Of a stretch of 64,000 nt of DNA, positions 35,630 through 49,188 are shown in pieces. Made by a program: the position numbers and the translations under genes. This stretch comes from Mobula hypostoma. Taxonomy: Eukaryota. Below the pieces are notes generated by a model. The model was not told the DNA's origin and searched no databases. It saw nothing but the letters and a program-made list of their open reading frames with translations. The stretch is taken from assembly GCF_963921235.1 (NCBI RefSeq), contig NC_086097.1:163930001-163994000 (forward strand), read 5' to 3'. Within the stretch, counting starts at the first letter, position 1. Each line of letters opens with the position of its first letter.

Positions 35630-37060
35630 ATAAGACCACCATAAGACCAGAAGATATAGGAGCAGAAATAGGCCATTTGGCCCATTGAGTCTGCTCCACC
35701 ATTCATTCATGGGCTGATCCAATTTTTCTAGTCATCTCTATTCCCCAGCTTTCACCCATACCCCTTGATGCCCTGGCTAATCAAGAACCTATCTATCTCT
35801 GCCTTAAATACACACAATGACTTAGCCTCTGCAGTCGCTTGTGGCAACAAATTCCACAGATTTACCACCCTCTCAATAAAGTAATTTCTCCACATCCCAG
35901 TTCTAAATGGACATCCTTCAATCTTGAAGTCATGCCCTCCTGTCCTAGAATCCCCTACCATGGGAAATAACTTTGTCATATCTAATCTGTTCAGGCCTTT
36001 TAACATTCGGAATGTTTCTATGAGATCCCCCCTCATTCTCCTGAACTCCAGGGAACACAGCTCAAGAGCTGCCAGACATTCCTCATACGATAACCCTTTC
36101 ATTCCTGGAATCATTCTCGTGAATCTTCTCTGAACCCTCTCCAATGTCAGTATATCCTTTCTAAAATAAGGAGCCCAAAACTGCACACAATATTCCAAGT
36201 GTGGTCTCACGAGTGCCTTTTAGAGTCTCAACATTACATCCCTGCTCATATATTCTATACCTCTAGAAATGAATGCCAACATTGCATTTGCCTTCTTCAC
36301 AACCGGATCAGCCTGGAGGTTAACCTTTAGGGTATCTTGCACAAGGACTCCCAAGTCCCTTTGCATCTCTGCATTTTGAGTTCACTTCCTATCTAAATAA
36401 TAGTCTGCCCATTTATTTCTTCCACCAAACTGCATGACCATACACTTTCCAACATTGTATTTCATTTGCCACTTCTTTGCCCATTGCCCTAAACTATCTA
36501 AGTCTCTCTGCAGGCTCTCTGTATCCTCAACACTACCTGTTCCTCCACCTATCTCTGTATCTTCGGTAAATTTAGCCACAAATCCATTAATACCGTAGTC
36601 CAAATCATTGACATACATCGTCACCGACTGCTGTGGAACTCCACTGGTAACTGGCAGCCAGCCAGAATAGGATCTCTTTATTCCCGCTCTGTTTTCTACC
36701 AACCAGCCAATGCTCCACTCATGCTAGTAACTTCCCTGTAATTCCATGGGCTCTTATCTTGCTAAGCAGCCTCATGCGTGGCACCTTGTCAAAGGCCTTC
36801 TGAAAATCCAAGTACACCAAGTCTACTGCATCTCCTTTGTCTACCCTGCTTCTAATTTCCTCAAAAAATTGCAGTAGGTTAGTCAGGCAGGATTTTCCTT
36901 TCAGGAAACCATGTTGGCTTTGGCCTATCTTGTCATGTGCCTCCAGGTACTCCATAATCTCATCCCGAACAATCGATTCCAACAACTTCCCAACCGCTGA
37001 TGTCAGGCTAACAGGTCTATAGTTTCCTTTCTGCTGCCTCCCACCCTTCCTAGATAGCGG
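35630..37060 (-). mobile_element. CR1-type LINE inserted antisense into another CR1
   Basis: Minus-strand ORFs QSQHGFLKGKSCLTNLL, YLDFQKAFDKVP and RPHLEYCVQFW; (CCATAAGA)-type tail at the left end. Confidence 0.9.
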
Positions 37061-37291
37061 AGTAAATTGCTAGTAGAATATTGGCTGCCTGATGGAAGGC
37101 AAAGAGTGGGAATAAAGAGAGCCTTTCTGTTTGGCTGCCTGCGACTGGTGGTATTCCACAGGGGTTGGTGGCAGGACCACTTGTTTTCCCGATATATGTC
37201 AATAACTTGAATGATGGAATTGTGGACAAGTTTGCAGACAATGCAATGATAGGTGGAAGGACAAGTAGTATTGAGTCTGCAGAAGGACAGA

Positions 37292-38413
37292 GATTTGAAG
37301 CAAGAAGGCTGCAAGTGGAGCGACTAAGGATTTTCGGAGAGAAGGCATTTTACCACTTGGGGTAAAGAGAGACAAGACTGCGCAGGCGCGTAATATCAGC
37401 CAGTGGAGCGGGAGAAATTTAAAAAGAAGACTGCCATATCCAGCGGGCAGTAGAGTGATAGGGCTTTGGCTCAACGGGCTTAGGTGGTAACGGGACGAGG
37501 CGAGGTAGGTTTACCTGTGTTAATTGTGGAAAGGAAGTATGTGTGTGAGGCCAATGTTCTGTGCTCACTGTCAGATATGGGAAGTCCTGGAGTCTCCCAG
37601 CCTCCCAGACGGCCATATCTGCACCCGATGTGTCGTGCTGCAGCTCCTAAGGGACTGCGTTAGGGAACTGGAGTTGCAGCTCGATGACTTTCGTCTGGTC
37701 AGGGAGAGCGAGGAGGTGATAGAAGGAGTTATAGGCAGGTGGTCATACCAAGGTCACGGGAGACAGACAAGTAGGTAACAGTCAGGAGAGGGAAGGGGAA
37801 GAGTCAGGTACTAGAGAGTACCTCTGTGGCTGTCCCCCTGAACAAAAAGTACTCCTGTTTGAGTACTGTTGGACAGGACAGCCTACCTGGGGAAAGCAAC
37901 AGTGGCCGTGCCTCTGGCACAGAGTCCGGCCCTGTGGCTCAGAAGGGTAGGGAAAGGAAGAGAAAGGCAGTAGTGATAGGGGTCTCTAAAGTTAGGGGGT
38001 CAGACAGGCGATTCTGTGGACGCAGGAAAGAAACTCGGATGGTAGTTTGCCTCCCAGGTGCTAGGGTCTGGGATGTTTCTGATCGCGTCCACGATATCCT
38101 GCAGTGGCTTTTTCCCAGGGCTAAAATGGCTGCCACAAGAGGGCACAGGTTTAATGTGCTGGGGAGTAGGTACAGAGGAGATGTCAGGGTAAGTTTTTTA
38201 ATGCAGAGAGTGGTGAGTGCGTGGAATGTGCTGCCAGCAACGACAGTGGAGGCGGATTCGATAGGGTCTTTTAAGAGACTTTTGGGTAGGTACATGGAGC
38301 TTAGAAAAATAGAGGGCTATAGGTAAGCCTAGCAATTTCTAAGGTAGGGACATGTTCGGCACAACTTTGTGGGCTGAAGGGCCTGTATTGTGCTGTAGGT
38401 TTTCTGTGTTTCT
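37292..38413 (+). mobile_element. Internally deleted CR1 (5'UTR and partial ORF1 joined directly to the 3' end)
   Basis: 9-bp TSD AAGGACAGA at 37283-37291 and 38414-38422. ORF1 Cys motifs CAHC/CTRC, a coiled coil and an esterase start (AVVIGVSKVRG). Junction at 38107/38108 to the ORF2 C-terminus, 3'UTR and TTTCT(A/G)TG-type tail. Confidence 0.85.
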
Positions 38414-40949
38414 AAGGACAGATTGGGAGAATGGGCAAAGAAGTGTTAGATGGAATATAATATAAGGAAGTATATGATCTTGCAACATGGTAGAAGGAAT
38501 AAAAGTGTAGACTATTTTCTAAATGGGGGAAAATTCAAAAATCAGAGGTTCAAAGGGACTTGGGAGTCCTTGTACAGGATTCCCTAAAGGTTGTCTTGCA
38601 GGTTGAGTTTGTGGTAAGGAACATAAATGTAATGCTAACATACATTTCAATAGAAGAGAATATAAGAGCAAAGATGTAGTGCTGAGTCTTTATAAGGCAT
38701 TTGTCAGACTGCACTTGGAGTATTGTGAGCAGTTTTGGGCCCCTTATCTAAGAAAAGATGTGCTGACTTTGGAGAAGGTCTAGAGGAGGTTCACAAAAAT
38801 TATTCCAGGAATGAAAGGGTTAAAATATGTGGAGCGTTTGATGGCTCTAGGCCTGAACTTGCTGGAGTTTAGTAAAATGAGGAGGTCATCTCATTGAAAC
38901 CAGTTGAAAATGGAAAGGTGTGGACAGCGTGGATATTGGGAGGATGATTCCTGTGGTGGGTGAGTCCAGGATTAAGGGCCACAGACTCAGACTGGAGGGA
39001 TATCCACTTGGAAAAAAGATGAGGAGTAATCTCTTGAGCCAGAGGATAGTAAATCTGTGGAATTAATTGCCACAGTTGTCCATGGGCCAAGTCATTGAGT
39101 ATACTTAAAGTGGAGGTTGATATTTTCTTGATTAGTCAAGGTGTCAAAGGTTATGGGGAGAAAGCAGACAAATGGGGTTGAGACGACATAATAAGTCAGC
39201 TACGTGTAGCCTAATTCTGATGCAATGTCTTATGGTTTAATATTGGTCCCGCTATTATCTTACTCAGTTGTTATTTAAAGACAATCTATTGTACATTTAG
39301 CATAACTGCAGTAGTACTATTACTACAATAAAGGACATAGAATTTGACACAAACTCTTGTAGGTCTGCAGAATATGATTCGGAATCTGAAGAGGTCATCT
39401 GAACAGGAAGAGTTAGTTTCAGGAAAAAAATTCAGCAAATAAAGTAAAACAGATTGGTTTAATTGTCACATCTCTGCTGACCCTGCTGACAATTATTCAG
39501 CTTCCTTGTTCTGGCACACTAAGCAACCCTTTGATACCTTTTGCTTTGATGTTAATGATATGTGTAAAACAATTCAACAACCGTAAAGTCACAGTGGCTG
39601 TTAAAGTTAGTGCTAATTTATGTCACTGCTGGTGAACCAAAGATATTTTATATTACTTTTTAAAAAATCCTGGACAGGGTTTATGTAACAAGAGCCAACA
39701 TTTAGTTTAATGATGGATTTAAAAATTCTAGCTACACAGTAATAAATGTGTCAATTCACCCACCCCTCATGTGATACAACAAAAATGCATTTTTTGCCAG
39801 ATGACATGGCAAGAGCCCTGAAGACTAGACAGGCCATAGAATGCAATGAATATTAGCTCAAGTAACAAACCATTCATTGGTGGAATTCAGCAGGTCAAGT
39901 AATGTCTATGGGGTGAAAAGGAATTTTAGATGTTTCAAGTCAATTCACTGCATTAGTCCTGACGTAGAGTCTCTACCCAAAATGTCAATGTTCTTTCCTC
40001 CCGCAAACGCTGAGTTCCTCCAGCAGATGGTTTATTGCTCCAGATTTTAGAATTTGCAGTCTCTTGTGTCTCCAAGGAAGAGTTTAAGTTTGCATTATTT
40101 CCTATTGCCTTGAAAAGGCTCTGCAGTCAAAAGCATGCTTCCTGTGGACCTCAGCTGCAGTACAAAGCCACCTTAGAACTAGCACTTGCTCTCAATTGGT
40201 CTAGATTGACTTGATTTAAATACCTTACATTGGCAATTTTAGTTGGGATGAGGTGGCATCTTTTCTAACTTGGTCAAGGAAAATACACACAAGATCCCCA
40301 GTTATGAGTCCTCTATGGAGTTGAGTCATTCCTTCAAGAAATGCCAGTCTGGCTGTCAGTGCTTCCTGAGAGCTTCCTCCTGCTTCCTCATGGCTGGAGA
40401 TTGGTAGCATTTGCAGGGATGCAGCATGAAGCCATTGATGTCTGGTTCCTCAGTCAGGAGTTCAGTCTTAATATGTCATGAAAACAAGTCCTTTGATCCA
40501 CCAAATCCATGCTGACCAATAGCCATCCATTCATATTAACCCAGATTATATTCCTTTGTCTATAGCCCTCTATGTCTTCATGATTCAAATGCTCATCTAG
40601 GCACCATTTAAATACCATAAGCAGTTCAGCATCCATACCTTCCTTAGGCTGTGTATTCCAGATACACACCACTCTCAGGATGAAAAAGGTCCTCCTCTTA
40701 AATTTCTATCTCCCTTACTCTAAATCTACACTCTCTGGCTTTATCCATCTCTTACATGTGGGATATTGTCTTGCGATCTACTCTGCATCCTCTTAAACTC
40801 CTCCCTTCTAGGGAAAACGGGTCCAGCCTCTCCTGATAATTGAACTCTTTGCGTAAAAATTTGTCCTCTCATTTCCTTTGAAATTACCCCCTCTCACCTT
40901 AAATGCATGCCCTCTGGTATTAGCCATTATTAGTCATTCCAGGCTTACC

Positions 40950-41585
40950 CATGCTTGCCTTTTTATTAGTTAAGGTGTTGAGTTCAAAAGTCAGGAAGTT
41001 GTGTGCAGCCTTATAAAATTCTAGTTAGACTGCATTTGGAGTCATGCATATAGTTCTGGTTTTCCATCGTTAGAAGGATGTCGAGTTTCTGGAAAGGATG
41101 CAGAAGAGGTTTACCAGAATGCTGCCTGGATTAGAAGGTATGTGCTATAACAAGAGGTTGGATAAACTTGGGTTGTTTTCTCTGTAGCAGCAGAGGCTGA
41201 GGAGGTTAATAGAGGTTTATAAGATTGAGAGGCATGGATAAAGTAGTCAGACAGTATCTTTTTCCCCAGGGTTAAAATGGCTAATACCAGAGGGCATGCA
41301 TTTAAGGTGAGAGGGGGTAATTTCAAAGGAAATGAGAGGGACAAATTTTTACGCAAAGAGTACTTGGAATGCACTACCTGGGGTGATGGTAGAGACAGAA
41401 ACATTAAAGACTTTTAAGAGACATTTAGATAGCACATAAAATGAAGGAAAAGGAAAGATATGGACATTGTGTAGGCAGAAGGGATTAGTATAGTTGGCGA
41501 TTTGATCTACTGATTTGATTGGTTCAGCACGACACTGTGCACGAAAGGGTCTGTTCCCGTGTGGTACTGTGTTATGTTCTCCATT
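40950..41585 (+). mobile_element. Decayed CR1 3' portion
   Basis: gttagactgcatttggagt..cagaagaggtttaccagaatgctgcctgga..3'UTR gggtctgttcccgtgtggtactgt. Confidence 0.75.
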
Positions 41586-42024
41586 CAAGGATCTTGTACA
41601 GTAAAGTCTGTCTATTCCTCAGTACTCATGGTGTATGTTCTAGATTTGTTAGTACTCCCACCTAACATTTAGAAGGGTTAAATGCCATTTCTCAGTCTAT
41701 TTCGCCAGCACATCAACTTCATCCTCTAGCCTAAGTCTATCATTTACAGTATCTACTTCACCAATCTTCACATGATCTGTATACTTACTGAACACGCCCT
41801 TCTGTCCACATCCAAATCATCCATGCAAGTTCATGCTGTGAGAAACTCATGGCCAATAAGATCTTTATAAATCATACCCTGACTCCGTTCTCAGCAGTCC
41901 CATGGATGTTTGACAGCGTGTATGTTCATAAATGCTGACTGACTCTTTAACACCTCTGTATCCCAGCATAACCTTGTGTTCTTCATAGCATTGGTCAGTC
42001 CCATCTTGGTTAACAATATCAGCC

Positions 42025-42870
42025 ATCCATTCAAAATTGTTTAATGTCATTTCCAGCACACAGCTTACATACGTAGATTAATAAAGTGACGCTAGGTACT
42101 GGAGTGTCTGTACGTAAGTTGACTCTGGCAGGAAATAATGAATTATCAGTGATGGTGGGGTGGGTTAGTGCATGGAGGTGTTGATCAGCCTTGCTGTTTG
42201 GGGAAAGTAATTTCTTTTGAGTCTGGTGATCTTGGCATAGATGCTACATAGACTCTTCCCTGATGGGAGTGGGACAAACAATCTATGAGCAGGGTGGGTG
42301 GGAACCTTCATGATATTGCTGGTTTTATCCAGTGCATTAATGTGTATACATATCCTTGATGGTGTGTATACTGGTGCCGGTGATGTATTGCGCAGTTTTG
42401 TAGAGCCTTCCTGTCTGCCACAGAGCATGTTCCTTACCATACAGTGATGCAGCTTGTTAGGATGCTCTCTACTGCACATCTGCAGAAAATCATCAGTATA
42501 GATGTGCATAGTCCAGCCCTCTTCAACTTCTTCAGAAAGCAGAGGCATTACAGGATATGTTCTGGGACCGTAAGAGGTTGTGCAAGATGCGCACCCCCAC
42601 GAGTTTAAAACTGCGCACAGTTTCCACTGCTGTGCTGCCGATATTAGGAGGAGAGTGAGAGGTGCAAATTCTTTTTCTTGTTTTTTGTCCAAGGGCAAGT
42701 TATTTGCCTGGCATCAGACCTCGATCTCTTCCTCCTCCTGCCTGTAGGCTGTCTCATTGTCGTGGTGTTGAGCCCCACCACTGCTGTGTCATCAGCAAAC
42801 TTGACAATTTGATTACTCCGGTGTTTGGTCGTGTGTGAGCAGAGTGTACAGCCTAGGGTGCACCCATGTT
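42025..42870 (-). mobile_element. Decayed Rex1/Babar-type LINE
   Basis: Minus strand NIMKVPTHPAHRLFVPLPSG..ITRLKRNYFPQTARLIN; YADD-like coding (aagtttgctgatgacacagc) near 42790. Confidence 0.75.
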
Positions 42871-44734
42871 GAGGAAGATGGGGAGGGAGCAGCAGTCGTG
42901 CATCCTGACTATCTGACTATCCAACTCAGATATCACTTGGAGGTACAGCTCACCATGATGCAGGACCCGAAGGCACCACGGATACATAGTGACCAAACTC
43001 AGACATCATTTTCAACGAATAATGATCACATCAAGACCAGTAGACTGTTTACTCCAGAGACTTCTCTGATGCCAGTGTAAAACATAGAAAATCATTTGAA
43101 ATACATGACATAACATAGATTGGCATAGACCTTCTGCTCATTACATCTTTATGAGATTACAGGATTAGTGCGTTCAGAGAGACAACTGCTGCTTTATTCA
43201 GCATTTTATCTTTATTTTCAATTGTATCTCTTCCAATTATAAGTTTTGGTCTGCTTCTCTTTCAAGACTAATGTGTAAAAAAATGTGGAAAGAATTCGTA
43301 CTAAAATCTATTCTTTGTATTGATTTTTGTATAGATCTTATAAAATGTTGAGTGGAGGTAGAGACTGAGATGGATGATTAAGACATTCAAAATCTTTAAA
43401 GATGTTCAAATTGAAAACCTTGGAAACCACAGTCAGACAGCATGGAAGAAGTAATTTTACTCTTTCCATACTCACATCACCGTCCTGCAGACTCTACAAG
43501 TCACATGCACAACAAAGACAATTTACAGTGGCCAATAAGCCAATCGGTGCACAGATCTTTAGAATGTGGAAACTGGAGCTGCAGGAGGAAGCCTATGCAG
43601 TCACAGTGGGGAGGGGATGCAAAAGAGGTTCACCAGGATGGTTTGTGGAGTCGATAGTATTATCTAACAGGAACGAGTTAATTAGCCTACTTAAATTAGT
43701 GTGGGAACTTAGATGCTTTGATATTGACATTCCAGGGTCGAAATAACACAAGAGGACATGCTTCTCAGGTGAGGGGGATAAGTTCAAAGGAGATTTGCAG
43801 GGCAAGTTATTTTTTTACATGAAGTAATGAGTAACTGGAACGTGCTGTCAGGGTTGGTAAAGGACGCACATGTGATAGAGGCACTTATTAAGAGGCTCTT
43901 AGGTAACCACATGAATATGTGGAGACTGGAAGAAAGTGGGTAATGTGTAGGCATAAGGGATTAGTTTACTTGGGCATTTAATTACTAGTTTAATTATTTT
44001 GGCACAACATTGAAGGCCAAAGGGCTTGTTGCTTGTTCTGTACTATTCTATGTTCCATGACATTGCCATGTGAATGAGAGATGATGGGAAGAAAGCAACA
44101 ATCTTAAAGTACAAGAAGGAAGTTGGATAGGGGCAGTTTTTTCATCATTCGCTGAGAAGAATGGTCTGGTGCCTTAGCAAACTTCTCTGTGAGCATCTCG
44201 TGTCCCTTGTCCAACACCTAACCATCAGTGCATATGCCCCAATATGGAAGTTATGCATGGGACCAAGAAAACTTCTATAGGACCATAAGTCATAGGAGCA
44301 GAATTAGGCAGTTTGTCCTGTCGAGACTACGATAACTCAGCCATTCGATCGTGGCTGATTTATTATCCCACACATCCCATTCTTCTGCTTTGATGTCGTC
44401 AATTTGAGTTTATCATTATGTGCGCAAGTGTGGTGAGGTACAGCAGCATCACAGGCACACAGGTACAGAGAACACACAGAATATACATAAATTATACAAG
44501 ACAGTGATGAAGAAGAGAAAAAAAATGACTGTGCAGAAATAAGTCATTAGTGCACAAAAAAGGTGCAATCAGAAACAAGTCCGTGATAGTGCAGGAGGTG
44601 GTTCACAATGCCCCATTGCTGAGGTCAGATAAGGCTGTGTAGCTCGGTTCAAGAATCTGGTGGGTGTAGGATAGTAGCTGTTCCTTGACCTGGTAACGTG
44701 AGACTGCATGTTTCTACATTTCCTTCATAAATCA

Positions 44735-45330
44735 TTGTATAGAGTACAGAAGATTGGATGTTATGTTGAAGTTGTATAAGACGTTGATGAGGCCTAATTT
44801 GGAGTATTGTGTGCAGTTTTGATCAACTACTTACAGGAAAGATGTAAACAAGTTTGAAAGAGTACTGAGAACATTTACAAGGATGTTGGCGGGTCTGGAG
44901 CACCTGAGTTATAAGGAAAGATTGAATCGATTAGGACTTTATTCCCTAGAACGTAAAAGGTTGAGAGGAGATTTGATAGAGGTATGCAAAATTATGAGGG
45001 GTATAGATAGGGTAAATGCAAGCAGGCTTTTTCCACTGAGTTTGGGTGGAAATCAGAGATCATGAGTTAAGGGTGAAAGGTGAAAAGTTTAAGGGGAACA
45101 TGAGGGGAAATATCTTTACTGAGAGGATTGTGAGAATGTGCCAGCACAAGTGGTCCATGCGAGCTCGATTTCAACATATTTAAGAGAAGTTTGGACAGGT
45201 ATGTGGATAGTAGGGAATGGAGGGCTATCGTCGATGTACAGATCATTGGGAGTACACTTTAAATTGTTTCAGCATAGGCTGGATGGGCCAAAGAGCCTGT
45301 TTCAGTGCTGTACTTCTCTATTACTCTATG
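44735..45330 (+). mobile_element. CR1 3' fragment
   Basis: LSYKERLNRLGLYSLERKRLRGDLIEVCKIMRGIDRV and a CR1 3'UTR. Confidence 0.85.
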
Positions 45331-46670
45331 TACTTTCTGCCACCAGTAAGAGGAGGTTAGGATCCGTTTGGTGGTGATGTCTGATGATAAATGCAGCCTT
45401 CTTGAGGCAGCACCTTTTGTAGATGATATCTAACTACCTACTCTTGATACTCAGCTTGCTGACAAATGCATTTCACAGGTGCATTAACAAGCTTTCGTCA
45501 CCATTCAATGAAGCTTTACAGACTTCCCTTATTTTGTTTGGAATTTTGGCATGAATGGAAGAGACCCAATCCAAGAAAATAAAAAGATAATCTTTGCATT
45601 TATATTGCTCTTCTTATAAACTGTCCTAAGCTGCCTTCTAGCCAGTGGAATTCTCTTTTAATTATTATTGTGATGTAGAAAATCCAGTCAATTTCTCTGA
45701 GCAAGCTGCCACAAGTCACAAGATTCTAATTATCGAATATCTAGTCAGTGATGTTGATAGATAGATATTGGCTAGAACAAAGGTGTTAGCTCATCTGCCT
45801 TTCTTTAGGAAAGACACTTAAAGACATCGAAATAAAGGAACATCTGACAGTTCAACCATCATGGAGCATCAGCTCAGGTGTTGATGTTGTTTTTCTGGGT
45901 GGGACGTGAACTTCCACTCAGCTGAGATAAAGGTGGTGCGGTATTCCCTGAGCTGTGGCAGATACGGGTTCTCAGCTTGTTTATTGTATATTAATGGTGG
46001 TTGATGAGAATGTTGGTCTGCACGTTGAAGTGATATTAGGTCATTTCTTGTTATTTGTCCAGATGAAGATTAGATAGCTCTTATCGACTGCCAAGACAAG
46101 CCTTGTTGGATGCTTGTTGTTGGTCATGCTTACAGCTCTTGCTGGTCTGAAGTAGTTCCTTTGACTGGCTGGGCTGGCCATATTAACCACTCACTACCAC
46201 ATATGGGATACATTTAATTGTTACACCATGTATCCAACCATGCCAGCCTCCAGGGTTTAGATGCTCTAACTCTCCTGTGTAGCTCCTTTAAAGATTCAGG
46301 CTAGCTCTGCTAATTGGCACCAGGATTTTAATATTTTAAAAGCACCTACAGTGAGGTTTAGTGCTCAGTTGTCAGCTCACCTTTAGATTTTTGTCTAACG
46401 TCTAGCTTAGAACCCTGTCTTCATTTCCATCTCATATCGTGTCTTGATTCTAATCTCGGATACTCCAGCACTTGGGTCCTAACTATTCTCACCTAGGTCT
46501 CCAATCACAATAATGTTTCCAAGTTATTTTGGAATCATTTTGACCAAGTTACCATCACTGCTGCCTCCAACTCAGAAGATGTTGGGTTTCAGTTCCAATC
46601 TCACTCCAAGGATGTGTGCATGTAGGCCAATAAACAGCAGTCAAAAAGCAAGTAACAATCAGTGTTCTAT

Positions 46671-46804
46671 CACAAACCTGAGAAAATCTGCAGATGCTGG
46701 AAATTCAAGCAACACACACAAAATGCTGGTGGAATGCAGCAGGCCAGGCAGCATCTATAGGAAGAAGTACAGTCCATGCTTCGGGCTGAGACCCTTCGTC
46801 AGGG
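46671..46804 (-). mobile_element. Penelope-type terminal-repeat fragment with a decayed hammerhead motif
   Basis: Dispersed family gaaaatctgcagatgctgga..aaatgctgg.ggaa..cagcaggccaggcagcatctat, also near 17715-18105, 24468-24606, 39865-40070, 48370-48770 and 52083-52197. The - strand reads CTGACGAAGGGTCTCAGCCCGAAG. Confidence 0.6.
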
Positions 46805-49188
46805 CTCGGTCTATCTAAAGGTCTTTGACTTGAAACATTATCTGTTCATCTCTCCACAGATTTTGCCTGTCCTGCTGAGTATTTTCAGAATTTTCTGCTT
46901 TTGTTTCAAATCCAGAAGTTTCTTTTGTTATTTAAAAGTGATTTGCACACTCTGCCTTTCACCTCACAAAAAAACAAAGAGATTGATGAATAAATGGATA
47001 CAGCTTTGAACTGGAGGGTAAAATTACATCCCTACAGCTATTGCTCATCTTTAACCTTACTCAATATTTCAAAATAGACACGTATCTGAATTCCTAGTCA
47101 GCTACATATGGGAAGTGAGTAACTCATTACTTTTTATTATTGCTACTGAGTGCTGTTGTCAGCTATGACTAAGTTGCTATCACTGCTGCCTCCAACTCCG
47201 AAGGTGCTGGGTTTCAGTTCCAATCCCACTCCAAGGATGTGTGCATGAAAACCTAATCTGACCCTGCTGGTGGAGCATTGCTTGCTTACAAATCTTCCTT
47301 TAAAATGCTTTGCGATGTTATGAAAGATAGTAGATAAATGCAAGTCTGTAGCAACGTTACTCTTTGTGTTAGGAAGGGGTCTATTTAGACTATTAGAAAC
47401 AAAACTCAAAAGCTGTTGGCATTATCAGTTAGGCTGGTCAGGAATGGTTCAGTCACTGACCTTCTCCCACAGGCACACGTGTTTTCACTACGTGTCGTCC
47501 TTTTCCTGAGTTGCTACTGCAATATGAATGAGAAAATTTGCTAAAATTGGATTACATTGACAGACAAATTCATCACAAAGCAGTCAGAAAAAATGAAGTC
47601 ACTTTGGATGTCCTCTCTTCCAGCTGATCAGTGAAAGTAGACAACAGATGTAACTACCTGTTCAGCTCTGTAACTTCTCCAGACCAATCATGTCAGCAGT
47701 CTACTGTCGAAACACATTATCTTCCAAAGGATTAATAAAACTAGGAGAGGAAGTGCTGAGAAATAATGGAACAGAACCGTTGTTTTGATTGCCCAAGTTC
47801 ATGCAGCTCTTACTCAGCTGCCCCAACACACACACACAAGTTCAACAGAGTTTAGTTAGAACTACAAATGTAAATCTATACATTTATTTATACAGTGTAA
47901 GCAGAATATTTCCCTTCCATTTGTCAACATATATATTGTATTTGTCCTCTAGATTTATGTAAACTCAATATTGGCTAACTGTATTTATGTGGATAAATTC
48001 AATATTTTATATTTATTGTTACCTGCCTTTAGTTGCCTGGTAGCATAATGGTTAAATTATTGGATTAGTATTCCAAGGCTTGGGTTACTGATAAGTTTGA
48101 TATCCTACCAAAGCAGCTGAGAATTTAAATTCAAGTAATTAAGTAAAGTTGGAATGTAAAGAAGTCTAGCATCAGTAAAAGTGACCTTGTAACCATCAGA
48201 TCATCATAAAAATTGTATTCTTCAGGGAAGCAAACCTGTCCAGCCTACACGTATCTCCAGATTCAGTTGTGTGCTTGATCCTTAACAGACCTGTAGAATG
48301 ACCCAGGAGGCAATTGGGAATGGACAATAAACACCAGCCTTATTGGCAATGTTTGTCGACAAACAAGAGACAGCAGATACTGGAGCCTGGACCAAACTGA
48401 AGGTCCTAATGCTGGCCTAGCTCCAAAATATTGACTACCCCTTAGCCTCCACAAATGCAGCCTGACTCACTGAGTTCCTCCAACAGTTTATTTTGTGCAA
48501 ATAAATGGTTCCCCCTTTTTTATCTGAATATTTTCTCTTAAATTTACTAATATGCATGATAATAATGTATATTTAATTCTCTAATTCTATTCAATTTGAA
48601 AAAAATATTTCTTTTATGTAGGGAATGCTGCTTGTGGCTTTGGTTTGGGAAATGGTTTTAAGTTAAACAGTGTAGAGGAATGTCCTGCTGAATGGTCTCT
48701 GCATGAAACGTCATCTGTACTCTATTCCATAGATGTTGCCTGTCCTGCTGAGTTCCTCCAGCATTTTCTGACGGTTGTTTATGACAGAGATATCCAAGTC
48801 AGTTTTAAGAGCATCTTGTTAATGGATCTTTCCAAGCCTTCAATGAACTAGTAGCATTGTTTCAGATAGCTGTTTAAAAGATTTATAGATGGGTATTAAA
48901 TGCTGGCCATGACAGTGACACCGACACCCTATAAAGTGTATCTAAAAAGGTGATCTGCTTAAGTATCTTTTAGATTCAACAGGAAAAACTAACTTTATCT
49001 CCATCATGTCATGGATTTGATTCAGGAAGTCCCCTGTGTCTCAGTGGCCTCTGAAACTTGAGAAAATTGATGCCAGAAATCTGAAATGAAACCTGAGATG
49101 ATCAGAAGAGGTGAAAGCAGCAGCAGGCCATTTGGCCCCTCAATCCTGCTCCATCATTCAATCGGTCCTAGCTGATCCTGCTCCCCTC

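Larger units (their letters stand above)
35308..39240 (+). mobile_element. CR1-type LINE split by two nested CR1-derived insertions
   Basis: RT segments at about 35308-35629, 37061-37291 and 38414-39240 are collinear once the inserts are removed. Confidence 0.8.
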
